NCBI GenBank assembly: GCA_009693995.1
Contig: SHWA01000003.1
Span: forward strand, 1 to 61,863
Length of the DNA: 61,863 bases
From: Alphaproteobacteria bacterium
GTDB taxonomy: Bacteria; Pseudomonadota; Alphaproteobacteria; SHWA01
Direction: 5' to 3'
Shown here: one piece after another, positions 46,508-55,899 of the stretch
How the letters are laid out: every line of letters starts with the position of its first letter
Position numbering within the stretch: the first letter of the stretch is position 1
The notes under the pieces: model-generated
What the model saw: the letters and a program-made list of their open reading frames with translations, nothing else
What the model was told of the DNA's origin: nothing
Database searches by the model: none
Made by a program: the position numbers and the translations under genes

Positions 46508-47381
46508 GGACGTCGCCTTGCGCCATCGCCCGCACCGCCGCGGCCGTGTGGCCCACGGCGCGCAGGCTGGCAAGGGTGGTTGCCTGGTCGCGCTTGGCCA
46601 GGCGCCGCCCGTCGGCGGCCAGCAGCAGAGGGTGATGCTCCCACTCCGGCACCGGCAGGCCGAGAAGGGCCTGGAGGAGGCGGTGCACATGGGTGGCGGC
46701 CAACAGGTCCTCGGCCCGGGTCACCAGGGTCACGCCCTGGAGCGCATCGTCCACCACCACCGCCAGGTGATAGCTGGTCGGGGTGTCCTTGCGCGCCAGC
46801 ACCACGTCGCCCTGCGCCTCCGGCCGGCACACCTGCACACCCCGGCGCCGGTCGGACCAGGTGAGCGGGCCGGTCTGCGCCGCGGCGGCGGCCACGTCCA
46901 GCCGGAGCGCGAAGCCTTCGCCGGCGGCGATGCGCTGGGCACGCTGGTCCGCAACCAGGTGGCGGCAGGTGCCGGGATAGAGGGGTCCGCTGCCGTCCGT
47001 GGCCAGGTGCGGCGCGCCGCCGGCCGCCGCGATCTCGGCCGCCACGCTGCGGCGCGTGCAGAAGCAGGGATAAATCACTCCCATCGCCTGCAAGGTCGCG
47101 AGTGCCTGCCGATAGTCGGTGGAGTGCTCGGACTGGCGCCGGACCGGCGCCTCCCAGGTGAGGCCGAGCCAGGCGAGATCGGCCAGGATCGCGGCGGTGA
47201 ACTCGGGCTGGCAGCGCGCCCGATCGATGTCCTCGATTCTAAGCAGGAAGCGCCCGCCTGAGGCTACTGCGCGCTCGGCGGCGAACAGCGCCGAGAAGGC
47301 GTGGCCGAGATGCAGCAATCCGGTCGGGCTCGGCGCGAAACGGGTGACGGGCGCCAGGTGGCCCTGCAGCGTTCCCCCCAT
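46497..47381 (-). CDS. gluQ: tRNA glutamyl-Q(34) synthetase
   Basis: TRFAPSPTGLLHLGHAFSAL (HIGH-type), RIEDID, CFCTRR...YPGTCR zinc-site region and TSYHLAVVVDD. The long N-terminal extension in the track is an artefact. Confidence 0.85.
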   Translation of the reverse strand: MGGTLQGHLAPVTRFAPSPTGLLHLGHAFSALFAAERAVASGGRFLLRIEDIDRARCQPEFTAAILADLAWLGLTWEAPVRRQSEHSTDYRQALATLQAMGVIYPCFCTRRSVAAEIAAAGGAPHLATDGSGPLYPGTCRHLVADQRAQRIAAGEGFALRLDVAAAAAQTGPLTWSDRRRGVQVCRPEAQGDVVLARKDTPTSYHLAVVVDDALQGVTLVTRAEDLLAATHVHRLLQALLGLPVPEWEHHPLLLAADGRRLAKRDQATTLASLRAVGHTAAAVRAMAQGDVHAA

Positions 47382-47501
47382 TCGGTTAGCCTCCCCTCCT
47401 GCGCCTACCATAGCGGGCCGGCGCGCGGTCGCGCCATGGCCCGCCGGTGGACGCTGGAGCCGGGGGTGTGGCACAGTTGGTGCGCGCCAAGGGGGTGAAT
47501 C

Positions 47502-47990
47502 ATGGGCGAGACAGCGGCAGAGGCGGCGCTGGTGCCGAAGGGCACGCCGGTCGATACCTTCCAGGTCGGCCAGGTGTTCGAGCACCACTGGGGGCGGACC
47601 ATCGCCGCCGCCGAGAGTTCGCTCTTCTCCTCCCTCACCCTCGCCTTCAACCCACTCTATTTCAACGTCGAATACGCCCGGGCGCACGGCCACCCCGATC
47701 TGGTGGTCAACCCGTATCTCGTGTTCAACACGGTGTTCGGCCTCTCGGTCGAGGACCTGAGCGAGAGCGGGCCCGGCGGGGGCGGCGCGTTCCTCGGCGT
47801 GGATGGGCTCCGTTTCCTCGCCCCCGTCTATCCCGGCGACACGCTCTATGCGCGCTCGGAGGTGCTGGCCAAGCGCGAATCCGAGAGCCGCCCCGGCTCC
47901 TTCGTCCTCACCTGGCGGACCGAGGGGGTCAACCAGCGCGGGGCGACCGTCATCGCCTTCGAGCGCAGTAACCTGCGCCGCCGCGCTTAA
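47502..47990 (+). CDS. MaoC-like (single hot-dog) dehydratase/hydratase
   Basis: 162 aa. FNPLYFNVEYA...GHPDLVVNP and YPGDTLYARSEVL are MaoC-family features. Confidence 0.8.
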   Translation: MGETAAEAALVPKGTPVDTFQVGQVFEHHWGRTIAAAESSLFSSLTLAFNPLYFNVEYARAHGHPDLVVNPYLVFNTVFGLSVEDLSESGPGGGGAFLGVDGLRFLAPVYPGDTLYARSEVLAKRESESRPGSFVLTWRTEGVNQRGATVIAFERSNLRRRA

Positions 47991-47997
47991 GCGCGCC

Positions 47998-49161
47998 ATG
48001 GCCGACGACACCATGACCGAGGAGCGCCGGCTGATCCAGGCGGCGGCGCGGGAGTTCGCCCGGCGCGAGGTGCTGCCCGTGGCCAACCGGCTCGACCGGG
48101 TGCAGGGCGAGATGCCGATGGAGTTGCGCGACAAGCTGGCCGCGAACGGCTATTTCGGCATCCTGATTCCGCAAGCCTTCGGCGGCCTCGGCCTCGGCAA
48201 GTTCGAATACTGCCTGGTGGCGGAGGAGCTGGCGCGGGGGTGGATGAGCGTCGCCTCGATCATCGCCCGCACCAACAACTTCGTTGAGAGCGGCCTGACC
48301 GACGCGCAAGCAGCGCGCTGGCTGCCGCGCATGGCGCGGGGCGACTTCATCGCCGCCAGCGCGATCTCCGAGCCCGAGGCCGGATCGGACGTGGCCAACA
48401 TCTCCTGCCGCGCGGAACTGCAAGGGGATGCGTGGGTCATCACCGGCGCCAAGACCTGGTGCACCTTCGCCGACGGTGCCGACGGCATCGCGGTCGTCTG
48501 CCGTACCGACCCAGTGGTCGATCCCAAGCGGCGCCACCTCGGCCTCACCACGCTCATGGTGGAGAAGCCGCGCGGCAGCTTCCCGCCTGGCCTGACCGGT
48601 TCCCCCATCGACAAGATCGGCTATTTCGGCTGGAAGACCTGGCAGCTCTTCTTCGACGGCGTGCGCGTGCCGGTGGATGCGGTCGTGGGCGAAGTGGGCA
48701 AGGCGTTCTACGCCACCGGGCGGCGGCTGGCGACGGCGCGGGTGCACACCGCCGCGCGCGCCGTCGGCCTGGCCCAGGGCGCGCTCGAGGACAGTATCTC
48801 CTACGCGGCGGAGCGGCGGCAGTTCAACCAGCCGATCGGCGCCTTCCAGTCGATCCGCTTCATGCTCGCCGACATGGCGACCAAGGTGGAGGCCGCGCGC
48901 CAGCTCACCCGCTTCGCCGCCAACGAGCTCGACCAGGGCCGGCGCGCGGACCAGGAAACGTCGATGGCGAAATACTTCGCCAGCGAGATCGCCGAGGAGG
49001 TCACCAGCGCCGCGTTGCAGATCCACGGCGGCTACGGCTACACCCGCGACTTCGCGGTCGAGCGATACTGGCGCGACGCGCGCCTCACCAAGATCTTCGA
49101 GGGCACCTCGCAGATCCAGCTCCGCATCGTCTCCGACCGCCTGCTGGGGCGCACCCCATGA
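47998..49161 (+). CDS. acyl-CoA dehydrogenase
   Basis: Start is MADDTMTEE. SEPEAGSD, WCTFAD, QIHGGYGYTRDFAVERYWRDARLTKIFEGTSQIQ are present. Confidence 0.9.
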   Translation: MADDTMTEERRLIQAAAREFARREVLPVANRLDRVQGEMPMELRDKLAANGYFGILIPQAFGGLGLGKFEYCLVAEELARGWMSVASIIARTNNFVESGLTDAQAARWLPRMARGDFIAASAISEPEAGSDVANISCRAELQGDAWVITGAKTWCTFADGADGIAVVCRTDPVVDPKRRHLGLTTLMVEKPRGSFPPGLTGSPIDKIGYFGWKTWQLFFDGVRVPVDAVVGEVGKAFYATGRRLATARVHTAARAVGLAQGALEDSISYAAERRQFNQPIGAFQSIRFMLADMATKVEAARQLTRFAANELDQGRRADQETSMAKYFASEIAEEVTSAALQIHGGYGYTRDFAVERYWRDARLTKIFEGTSQIQLRIVSDRLLGRTP

Positions 49162-49634
49162 CCGGGCCGTGGCAGCGCCTGACGGGGCGCGACAATTACT
49201 TCGAGGACTTCCCCTTGGGGCGGCGCCTGCGCCACGCGCGCGGCAAGACCGTGACCGAGATGGACAACGTGCTGATCACCAACCTGGTGATGAACACCGC
49301 CCAGAGCCATTTCAACGAGGACAGCCAGCAAGCGACACCCTCGGGGCGGCGCATCGTCTTCGGCGGCGTCACCATCGCGCTCGTCGTCGGCCTCGCCACG
49401 CAGGACACCGGCGAGAACGCCCTGGCCGAGCTCGGGCTGGACCAGCTCAGCCTACCGACGCCGGTCTTCCATGGCGACACGCTCTACGCCGAGAGCGAGG
49501 TGCTGGACGCGCGCGTCGCCGAGCGCGGGGACGCGGGGATCGTCCGCTTCCGCCACCGCGGCCGCAACCAGACCGGCGCGGTGGTGATGGAAGGCATCCG
49601 GACCGTGTTGGTGAAGCGCCGCCCCGGCGGCTGA
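49158..49634 (+). CDS. MaoC-like (single hot-dog) dehydratase/hydratase, second copy
   Basis: 158 aa. ATGA overlap with the ACAD stop. FHGDTLYAESEVL is parallel to the first MaoC protein. Confidence 0.8.
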   Translation: MTGPWQRLTGRDNYFEDFPLGRRLRHARGKTVTEMDNVLITNLVMNTAQSHFNEDSQQATPSGRRIVFGGVTIALVVGLATQDTGENALAELGLDQLSLPTPVFHGDTLYAESEVLDARVAERGDAGIVRFRHRGRNQTGAVVMEGIRTVLVKRRPGG

Positions 49635-49696
49635 GCAGCGGCTGAGCGGCGATTGCCAGGACGCGCGGGGCGCCCATACTGGCGGGGACAGGCAGG

Positions 49697-51187
49697 ATGG
49701 TGGCGATGGGGGCGGCGATGGCGGGGCAGGACGAAGCGACCTGGGGCGCGGTGGATGTGGTGGTCGTCGGCTGCGGCATCGCCGGCCTGGCCGCCGCGGT
49801 CACGGCGGCGGAGGGCGGCCAGAAGGTGCAGGTGCTGGAGCGCGCGACCTTCACGGAGCGCGGCGGCAACACCCGCTATACCGAGGCCTTTCTGCGCATG
49901 CGCGACGAGGCGACGGTCTCTGACGATTTCGAGGCCGACTTCGCCGCCAACGCCGGCTACCACCTGGATCCGGCGCTGGTGGCCGGCGCGGCCGGGGACT
50001 ACGCCAACTGGCCGAGCCTGCTGCGCAGCCTCTCCTTCGCCGATCCCGAGCTGGTGGCGACCTTCGCGAGCGGCATCCCCGAGGCGGTCGCCTGGCTCAA
50101 GGGTCATGGCGTGCGCTTCGGCGACACGCCCTTTTTCGGCCTGACCGAGTCGATCCAGCGCATCGCCGTCCAGGGCGGCGGGCTGGCCCTGATCGAGGCG
50201 CTGACGCCGATCGCCGAGCGGCTGGGCGTCGCTTTCGCCTATCAGACCACGGCGCACGATTTGGTGATCGATGGCACCGGTCGGGTCGCAGGTGTGCGGG
50301 CGATGAACGCGGACGGCGGGCGCGGCGTGTACCGGGCCGCCAAGGGCGTGGTGCTGGCGAGCGGCGGCTTTCAGGGCAATGCCGAGATGATGGCCCGCTA
50401 TATCGGCCCGCACGGGCGATACGCGCGCCCGGTGAGCCGCGGCGGCTACTACAACAAGGGGGAAGGCATCCGCATGGCGCTTGCCATCGGCGCCGCGCCC
50501 GCCGGCGACTACAGCGACTTCCATGCCGAGCCCATCGACCCGCGCTCGGGCAAGACCGAGGCCGTGGTGATGATCTTCCCGCTCGGCATCCTGGTGAACC
50601 GCGAGGGCCAGCGCTTCTTCGACGAGGCCCAAGGTACGGTCGATCGCACTTACGAGGCGGCGAGCCGCGCCGCCAACCGGCAGTCGGGCGGCCTCGCCTT
50701 CTGCGTGCTCGACGGCAAGCTCGACCAGGTGCAAGGCTGGCAGCGCACCATCCGCACCGAGGTGCCGCCGATCGCAGCCGCGACCCTGGATGAACTGGCC
50801 GCCGCCGCCGGGATCGCGCGTGAGCCCTTCCGGGCCACCATCGCCGCCTTCAACGCGGCCTGCCCGCCGGGCGAGGGCTTCGATGCCCGCCGTCTCGACG
50901 GGCTGGCGACCCGGGGTCTCTTCCCGCCGAAATCCAACTGGGCGCGCCCCATCGATCGGGCGCCCTTCCGCTGCTATCCGGTGATCGCCGCCAACACCTT
51001 CACCTTCGGCGGGCTCAAGGTGGACCCGGACGCGCGGGTGCTGAGTACCGACGGCGTGGCGATCCCCGGTCTCTATGCCGCCGGCGAGACGGTCGGCATC
51101 TATTACGGCCGCTACACCGGCTCGACCTCGGTCTTGCGGGGCGCGCATTTCGGGCGGCGCGCCGGGCGCCACGCGGCCCGCCGATGA
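49697..51187 (+). CDS. FAD-dependent oxidoreductase, TcuA / fumarate-reductase-flavoprotein-like
   Basis: VVVVGCGIAGLAAA dinucleotide fold, ERGGNTRYT and the C-terminal GLYAAGE motif. Confidence 0.8.
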   Translation: MVAMGAAMAGQDEATWGAVDVVVVGCGIAGLAAAVTAAEGGQKVQVLERATFTERGGNTRYTEAFLRMRDEATVSDDFEADFAANAGYHLDPALVAGAAGDYANWPSLLRSLSFADPELVATFASGIPEAVAWLKGHGVRFGDTPFFGLTESIQRIAVQGGGLALIEALTPIAERLGVAFAYQTTAHDLVIDGTGRVAGVRAMNADGGRGVYRAAKGVVLASGGFQGNAEMMARYIGPHGRYARPVSRGGYYNKGEGIRMALAIGAAPAGDYSDFHAEPIDPRSGKTEAVVMIFPLGILVNREGQRFFDEAQGTVDRTYEAASRAANRQSGGLAFCVLDGKLDQVQGWQRTIRTEVPPIAAATLDELAAAAGIAREPFRATIAAFNAACPPGEGFDARRLDGLATRGLFPPKSNWARPIDRAPFRCYPVIAANTFTFGGLKVDPDARVLSTDGVAIPGLYAAGETVGIYYGRYTGSTSVLRGAHFGRRAGRHAARR

Positions 51188-52461
51188 CGGCGGCGACCGC
51201 CGGGGCGCTCGCCGGCATTCGCGTCCTCGACCTGACCCGAATGCTGTCCGGTCCTTTCTGCGGCATGCTGCTCGCCGACCAGGGCGCCGACGTGATCAAG
51301 GTCGAGCCGTTCGAGGGCGACGCGGCGCGGGCCTCGACCAACGGTCCCTACCTGCCCGACGATTCCTTGAAGGCGTTCGGCGGCTATTTCCAGTCCAACA
51401 ACCGCAACAAGCGCGGCCTCGCCATCGATCTCAAGCATCCCGAGGGGCGGGCCGCGTTCCTGCGCCTGGTGGACGGCGCGGCCGTGCTGCTGGAGAACTT
51501 CCGGGTCGGCGTGATGGACCGCCTCGGCCTCGGCTATGAGAGCTTGCACGCGCGCAACCCGAAGCTGGTCTACGGCGCGATCCGCGGCTTTGGTGATCCG
51601 CGCACGGGGGCCAGCCCCTATGCCGAGTGGCCGGCCTACGACGTGATTGCCCAGGCCATGGGCGGCATCATGGGCATCACCGGCGCCGCACCGGGTGAGC
51701 CGATGAAGGTTGGCCCCGGGGTCGGCGACATCGTCCCGGCGATGCTGGCCGCCTTCGGCATCGTCGCCGCGGTGCGCCACAGCGAACGCACCGGTGTCGG
51801 CCAGTTCGTCGATGTCGCCATGTACGACGGCATCCTCGCCCTCTGCGAGCGGATCGTGTTCCAGCATTCCTATCTCGGCCTGGTGCCGGGGCCGGAGGGC
51901 ACCGGGCATCCCTTCATCTGCCCCTTCGGCCTCTACCCCTGCGCCGACGGCTGGGTGGCGATCGCCTGCCCGACCGACAAGTTCTGGCGCGCCCTCTGCC
52001 GGGTGATGGAGCGGCTGGACTGGGCCGCCGATCCCCGCTTCGCCAGCCGTGCGGCGCGCGCGGCGCACCGCACCCTGATCGAGGCCGCCCTGTCCGAGTG
52101 GACGGGGACGCGCCGCAAGGCGGAACTCTCGCGCCTGCTCGGCGGGCAGGTGCCGTTCGGCCCGGTCAACACCGTCGCCGACATCTTCGCCGATCCCCAT
52201 GCGCGGGCGCGCGGCATGCTGGCCGAGGTGGAGCATCCGGGCTCGGCGCTGAAGGCGGTGATCGCCGGCACGCCGGTGCGCATGACGGAAACACCGGGCG
52301 GAGTCTGGCGGCGCGCCCCGATCCTCGGCGAACACACCGCCGAGGTGCTCGGCGAATGCGGCTTCGCGCCGGCGGAAATAGGGGCGCTCGAAGCTGCGGG
52401 CGCGGTGCGCCAGTGGCGGGTGGGGGCGGCGGCGCAAGGAGAGGCGCGGGATGACGGTTGA
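51184..52461 (+). CDS. family III CoA-transferase (CaiB/BaiF)
   Basis: LAGIRVLDLTRMLSGPFCGMLLADQGADVIKVE...NRNKRGLAIDLK are family III signatures. Confidence 0.9.
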   Translation: MTAATAGALAGIRVLDLTRMLSGPFCGMLLADQGADVIKVEPFEGDAARASTNGPYLPDDSLKAFGGYFQSNNRNKRGLAIDLKHPEGRAAFLRLVDGAAVLLENFRVGVMDRLGLGYESLHARNPKLVYGAIRGFGDPRTGASPYAEWPAYDVIAQAMGGIMGITGAAPGEPMKVGPGVGDIVPAMLAAFGIVAAVRHSERTGVGQFVDVAMYDGILALCERIVFQHSYLGLVPGPEGTGHPFICPFGLYPCADGWVAIACPTDKFWRALCRVMERLDWAADPRFASRAARAAHRTLIEAALSEWTGTRRKAELSRLLGGQVPFGPVNTVADIFADPHARARGMLAEVEHPGSALKAVIAGTPVRMTETPGGVWRRAPILGEHTAEVLGECGFAPAEIGALEAAGAVRQWRVGAAAQGEARDDG

Positions 52462-53365
52462 GCGCAAGCGGCGGCTGCGCCGCTGCCAGCTTTCGGTGCC
52501 GGGCAGCGACCAGCGCAAGATGGCGAAGGCGATTCAGAGCGCCGCCGACTTCGTGTTCCTCGATCTCGAGGACGCGGTCGCGCCGTCCGCCAAGGTGGCG
52601 GCCCGCGACCAGGTGATCGCCGCGCTCCACGCCGAGGGCTGGGGCAAGAAGACGCGCGCGGTGCGCATCAACGACCTGCGCACCGAGTGGGCGTATGAGG
52701 ACATCATCCGCGTGGTCGAGGCGGCGCACGCCGTGCTCGACGTGATCATCATCCCCAAGGTCATGGGGCCGGAGGACGTGCGCTGGGTGGCGACCCTGCT
52801 CGCCCAGATCGAGCGCAAGTTGAAAATCCCGCCCCGCATCGGCCTCGAAGCCCTGATCGAGGAGGTGGAGGCGATGATCGCGGTGGAGGCGATCGCCCAG
52901 AGCTCGCCCCGGCTGGAGGCACTGATCTTCGGCATGGGCGACTATTCGGGCAGCCAGGGGGTCCGCACCCGCTCCATCGGCGGCGACGTGAGCTATCCCG
53001 GCGACATCTGGTACTACCAGCGCAGCAAGGTGGTGATCGCCGCCCGCGCTGCCCGCATCGACGCCATCGACGGGCCTTTCGGCAACTTCAAGGACGGGGA
53101 CGGCTACCGCGAGGAATGTCGGCGCGCCATGATCCTGGGGTGTGTCGGAAAATGGGCGATCCACCCCTCCCAGATCGCGATCGCGCAAGAGGTCTACTCG
53201 CCCCGGCCCGAAGACGTGGCGTATGCCCGCCGGGTGGTGGACACTTACGCCAAGGCCCTCGCCGAAGGCGCCGGCGCCGTCACCATCGACGGGCGCATGG
53301 TGGATGCCGCGTCGCTCCGCATCCACCAGCGCGTGCTCGACATGGCGGAGTTGATCGGGCCGTAG
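52451..53365 (+). CDS. HpcH/HpaI-CitE family acyl-CoA lyase (malyl-/citramalyl-CoA lyase-like)
   Basis: CQLSVPGSDQRKMAKA...FVFLDLEDAVAP...RINDL...IIIPKV follow the malyl-CoA lyase/CitE pattern. Confidence 0.85.
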   Translation: MTVERKRRLRRCQLSVPGSDQRKMAKAIQSAADFVFLDLEDAVAPSAKVAARDQVIAALHAEGWGKKTRAVRINDLRTEWAYEDIIRVVEAAHAVLDVIIIPKVMGPEDVRWVATLLAQIERKLKIPPRIGLEALIEEVEAMIAVEAIAQSSPRLEALIFGMGDYSGSQGVRTRSIGGDVSYPGDIWYYQRSKVVIAARAARIDAIDGPFGNFKDGDGYREECRRAMILGCVGKWAIHPSQIAIAQEVYSPRPEDVAYARRVVDTYAKALAEGAGAVTIDGRMVDAASLRIHQRVLDMAELIGP

Positions 53366-53406
53366 AGGAGGCGCTCTTCGGTCATAGTGCGCAGGGAGGA
53401 ATCGTC

Positions 53407-55044
53407 ATGCTTGGTCAGATGATGCACCGGCCGCTCCTGATCCAGCCGATGATGGCCTATGCGGCGGCCTATCATGGCGATCAGGAACTGGTGACCCGCT
53501 GCGTCGAAGGCGGCATCCACCGCTACACCTACCGCGCGGCCTATGCCCGCATGGGGCAGTTGGCGAACGCGCTAACGCGTCTCGGCGTGAAGCCGCACGA
53601 CCGGATCGGCACCGTCGCCTGGAACACCCACCGTCATTTCGAACTCTACTATGCCGTCGCCGGGATCGGGGCTGTCTGCCACACCATCAACCCGCGCCTG
53701 TTCCACGACCAGCTCACCTACATCGTCAACCACGCCGCGGACCGGTTCCTGTTCGTCGACCTGACCTTCGTGCCGATCCTGGAGAAGCTGGCGCCGCACC
53801 TGAAAGGGGTCGAGGCTTACGTGATCCTGACCGACGGCGCCCACATGCCGCAGACCACCCTGCACCCGGTCCTCTGCTACGAGGAGCTGCTGGCGCCCGA
53901 GGACGGCGTCTGCGAGTGGCCCGAGTTCGACGAGAACACCGCGGCCGCGCTCTGCTACACCTCCGGCACCACGGGCAACCCGAAGGGCGCGCTCTACTCG
54001 CACCGCTCGACCGTGATCCACGCCCTCTCGATCTTCGTCGGCGCGGACGGACGCTGGCTGACGACCAAGGATTCGCTGCTCCTGGTGGTGCCCATGTTCC
54101 ACGTCTCCGCCTGGGGCTTCCCGTTCATGGCGCCGATCGCCGGCACCAAGCTGGTATTTCCCGGCGCCGACTATTCTGGCCAGGCCCTGCATGAGCTGCT
54201 CGCAGCCGAGCGGGTCACCTTCACCGCCGGGGTGCCCACTGTCTGGATCGGCCTGCTCGGTTACTTGCGCGAGCACGGGCTGAAACTGACCACGCTCACG
54301 CGCATGCTGTGCGGCGGCACGGCGCCGCCCGAGGCGATGATGCGCGAGTTCGAGCAGGAGCACGGCGTCGAGTTCATCCAGGGCTGGGGCATGACCGAGA
54401 CCAGCCCGGTCGGCTCTCTCTGCGTGCTCCCGCCGGCGCAGGCGGCACTGCCCGACGACGCCCGCTACCGCCTCAAGCGCAAGCAGGGCCGCGCGCCCTT
54501 CGGCTACGACATGCGCATCGTCGGCGACGACGGCGCGATCCTGGAGCACGACGGCACCGCGGCGGGGGAGCTCCAGGTGCGCGGCAACTGGGTGATCTCC
54601 GGCTATTTCCGGGACGAGGCGGCAACCCGGGCGGCGATGGATCTCGACGGCTGGTTCCGCACCGGCGACGTCGCCAGCATCGATGCGCAGGGCTTCATGG
54701 AGATCACCGACCGCACCAAGGACCTGATCAAGTCGGGCGGCGAGTGGATCAGTTCGATCGCTCTCGAGAACAGCGTGATCGGCCACCCCGATGTTTCCGA
54801 GGCGGCGGCCATCGCCCGCCCGCACCCGAAGTGGGGCGAGCGGCCGCTCCTCGTGGTGGTGCCCAAGGCGGGGCGCACACCGTCCAAGGAGAGTGTGCTC
54901 GCATACCTGAAGGACAAGGTGGCCCCCTGGTGGCTGCCGGACGACGTGGTGGTGGCCGCCGACCTGCCGCACACGGCGACCGGCAAGGTCTCCAAGGCGC
55001 AGCTCCGCGACCGCTTCAAGGACCACGTGCTGCCGACGGCCTAA
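53407..55044 (+). CDS. acyl-CoA synthetase (AMP-forming, fatty-acid-CoA ligase type)
   Basis: Start is MLGQMMHRPL, preceded by GGGAGGA. YTSGTTGNPKGALYSH, GWGMTET, TGDV and GKVSK motifs are present. Confidence 0.9.
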   Translation: MLGQMMHRPLLIQPMMAYAAAYHGDQELVTRCVEGGIHRYTYRAAYARMGQLANALTRLGVKPHDRIGTVAWNTHRHFELYYAVAGIGAVCHTINPRLFHDQLTYIVNHAADRFLFVDLTFVPILEKLAPHLKGVEAYVILTDGAHMPQTTLHPVLCYEELLAPEDGVCEWPEFDENTAAALCYTSGTTGNPKGALYSHRSTVIHALSIFVGADGRWLTTKDSLLLVVPMFHVSAWGFPFMAPIAGTKLVFPGADYSGQALHELLAAERVTFTAGVPTVWIGLLGYLREHGLKLTTLTRMLCGGTAPPEAMMREFEQEHGVEFIQGWGMTETSPVGSLCVLPPAQAALPDDARYRLKRKQGRAPFGYDMRIVGDDGAILEHDGTAAGELQVRGNWVISGYFRDEAATRAAMDLDGWFRTGDVASIDAQGFMEITDRTKDLIKSGGEWISSIALENSVIGHPDVSEAAAIARPHPKWGERPLLVVVPKAGRTPSKESVLAYLKDKVAPWWLPDDVVVAADLPHTATGKVSKAQLRDRFKDHVLPTA

Positions 55045-55892
55045 CCGCGCGCGACGATTTCCGCCAGCACCGGCAGGAGGTGTTCGCGGAAGCGTGCCGG
55101 GTGCTCGCTCATGGGGAAGTGGCCGAGGCAGGGCATGGGCTGGAAGCGGGCACCCTCGATGCGGGCCGCTGTCGCTCCTGTGTCCGCCGGCGTTACCGAG
55201 TAGTCGTATTCGCCGGTCAGCAGATAGACCGGGCAGCGGCGGGTATCGATCTCACCCAGCGTCGCTGTGAAGTCGCCGTCCTGGCCGTAGAAGTGGAGGT
55301 CGCCCTTGAACACGCCAGGGCCGCTCTGGCCGTAGGCCCAGAGCGTCTCCCAGCGCGCATCGTCCGGGCTCATGGGTGCGATCAGGCCGCTGACCCAGGC
55401 TATGGCGAGCTCGCCGCCGTGCACCTCGGGATGGTGCAGCCACTCCAAACCCAAGCCGCCCGGGCGGGACGTCGGCGCGGCGGAGGATTGAAGTCCGATC
55501 ACGGCGCGGAAGCGGTCGGTGTCGGCGCGGGCGAGTTCAAGGACGATGCGCCCGCTCATGGAGCAGCCGAGGGCGACCACGCGGGCCAGGCCGAGCGCCG
55601 CGACGAAGGCGCGAATGGCGGCGAGGTAGGAGGCCGTGGACAGCCGGTACTCGCGGTCGCGCCAGTCGTCGGGCGCGCCGGACTTGCCGTGCCAGGGCAG
55701 GTCGAAGGCGATCACGCGGAAGCGGTCGGTGATCGCGGCATCGGTCATCAGGTGGCGGAACTGGCGGCTGTCGGACCCGGCCGTGTGCAGGCAGAGGAGC
55801 GGAATGCCCGCGCCCGCCTCCTCGAAGAACAGGCGGTGCCGCTCGCCCTCGATTTCCACGTTCAGATAGCGGGCGACGATCGGCTCCAGCAT
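55041..55892 (-). CDS. alpha/beta-fold hydrolase
   Basis: LLCLHTAGSDSRQF...GCSMSG (nucleophile elbow)...GHFPMSEHP. Confidence 0.8.
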   Translation of the reverse strand: MLEPIVARYLNVEIEGERHRLFFEEAGAGIPLLCLHTAGSDSRQFRHLMTDAAITDRFRVIAFDLPWHGKSGAPDDWRDREYRLSTASYLAAIRAFVAALGLARVVALGCSMSGRIVLELARADTDRFRAVIGLQSSAAPTSRPGGLGLEWLHHPEVHGGELAIAWVSGLIAPMSPDDARWETLWAYGQSGPGVFKGDLHFYGQDGDFTATLGEIDTRRCPVYLLTGEYDYSVTPADTGATAARIEGARFQPMPCLGHFPMSEHPARFREHLLPVLAEIVARG

Positions 55893-55899
55893 GGGCAGC

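Noticed and set aside
47469-47483. A sigma-54-like motif, TGGCAC-N5-GTGC, upstream of the MaoC-ACAD operon.
   Set aside because: The implied transcription start would fall about 7 nt before the ATG at 47502, leaving no room for the GGGGGTG ribosome-binding site. The -12 element is weak, and no cognate enhancer-binding protein is nearby. This is probably a chance match in GC-rich DNA.
46497-48134. A 545-aa version of the gluQ ORF extending far upstream across the MaoC gene.
   Set aside because: The GluQRS signature starts at ...TRFAPSPTGLLHLGH, about 10 residues after the ATG at 47381. The extension is antisense to the MaoC gene and has junk composition.
55041-55044. Convergent genes sharing overlapping stop codons (CTAA at 55041..55044, and likewise CTAG at 41489..41492).
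   Set aside because: This is real, but it is a common consequence of compact genomes. I see no evidence that it has regulatory significance.
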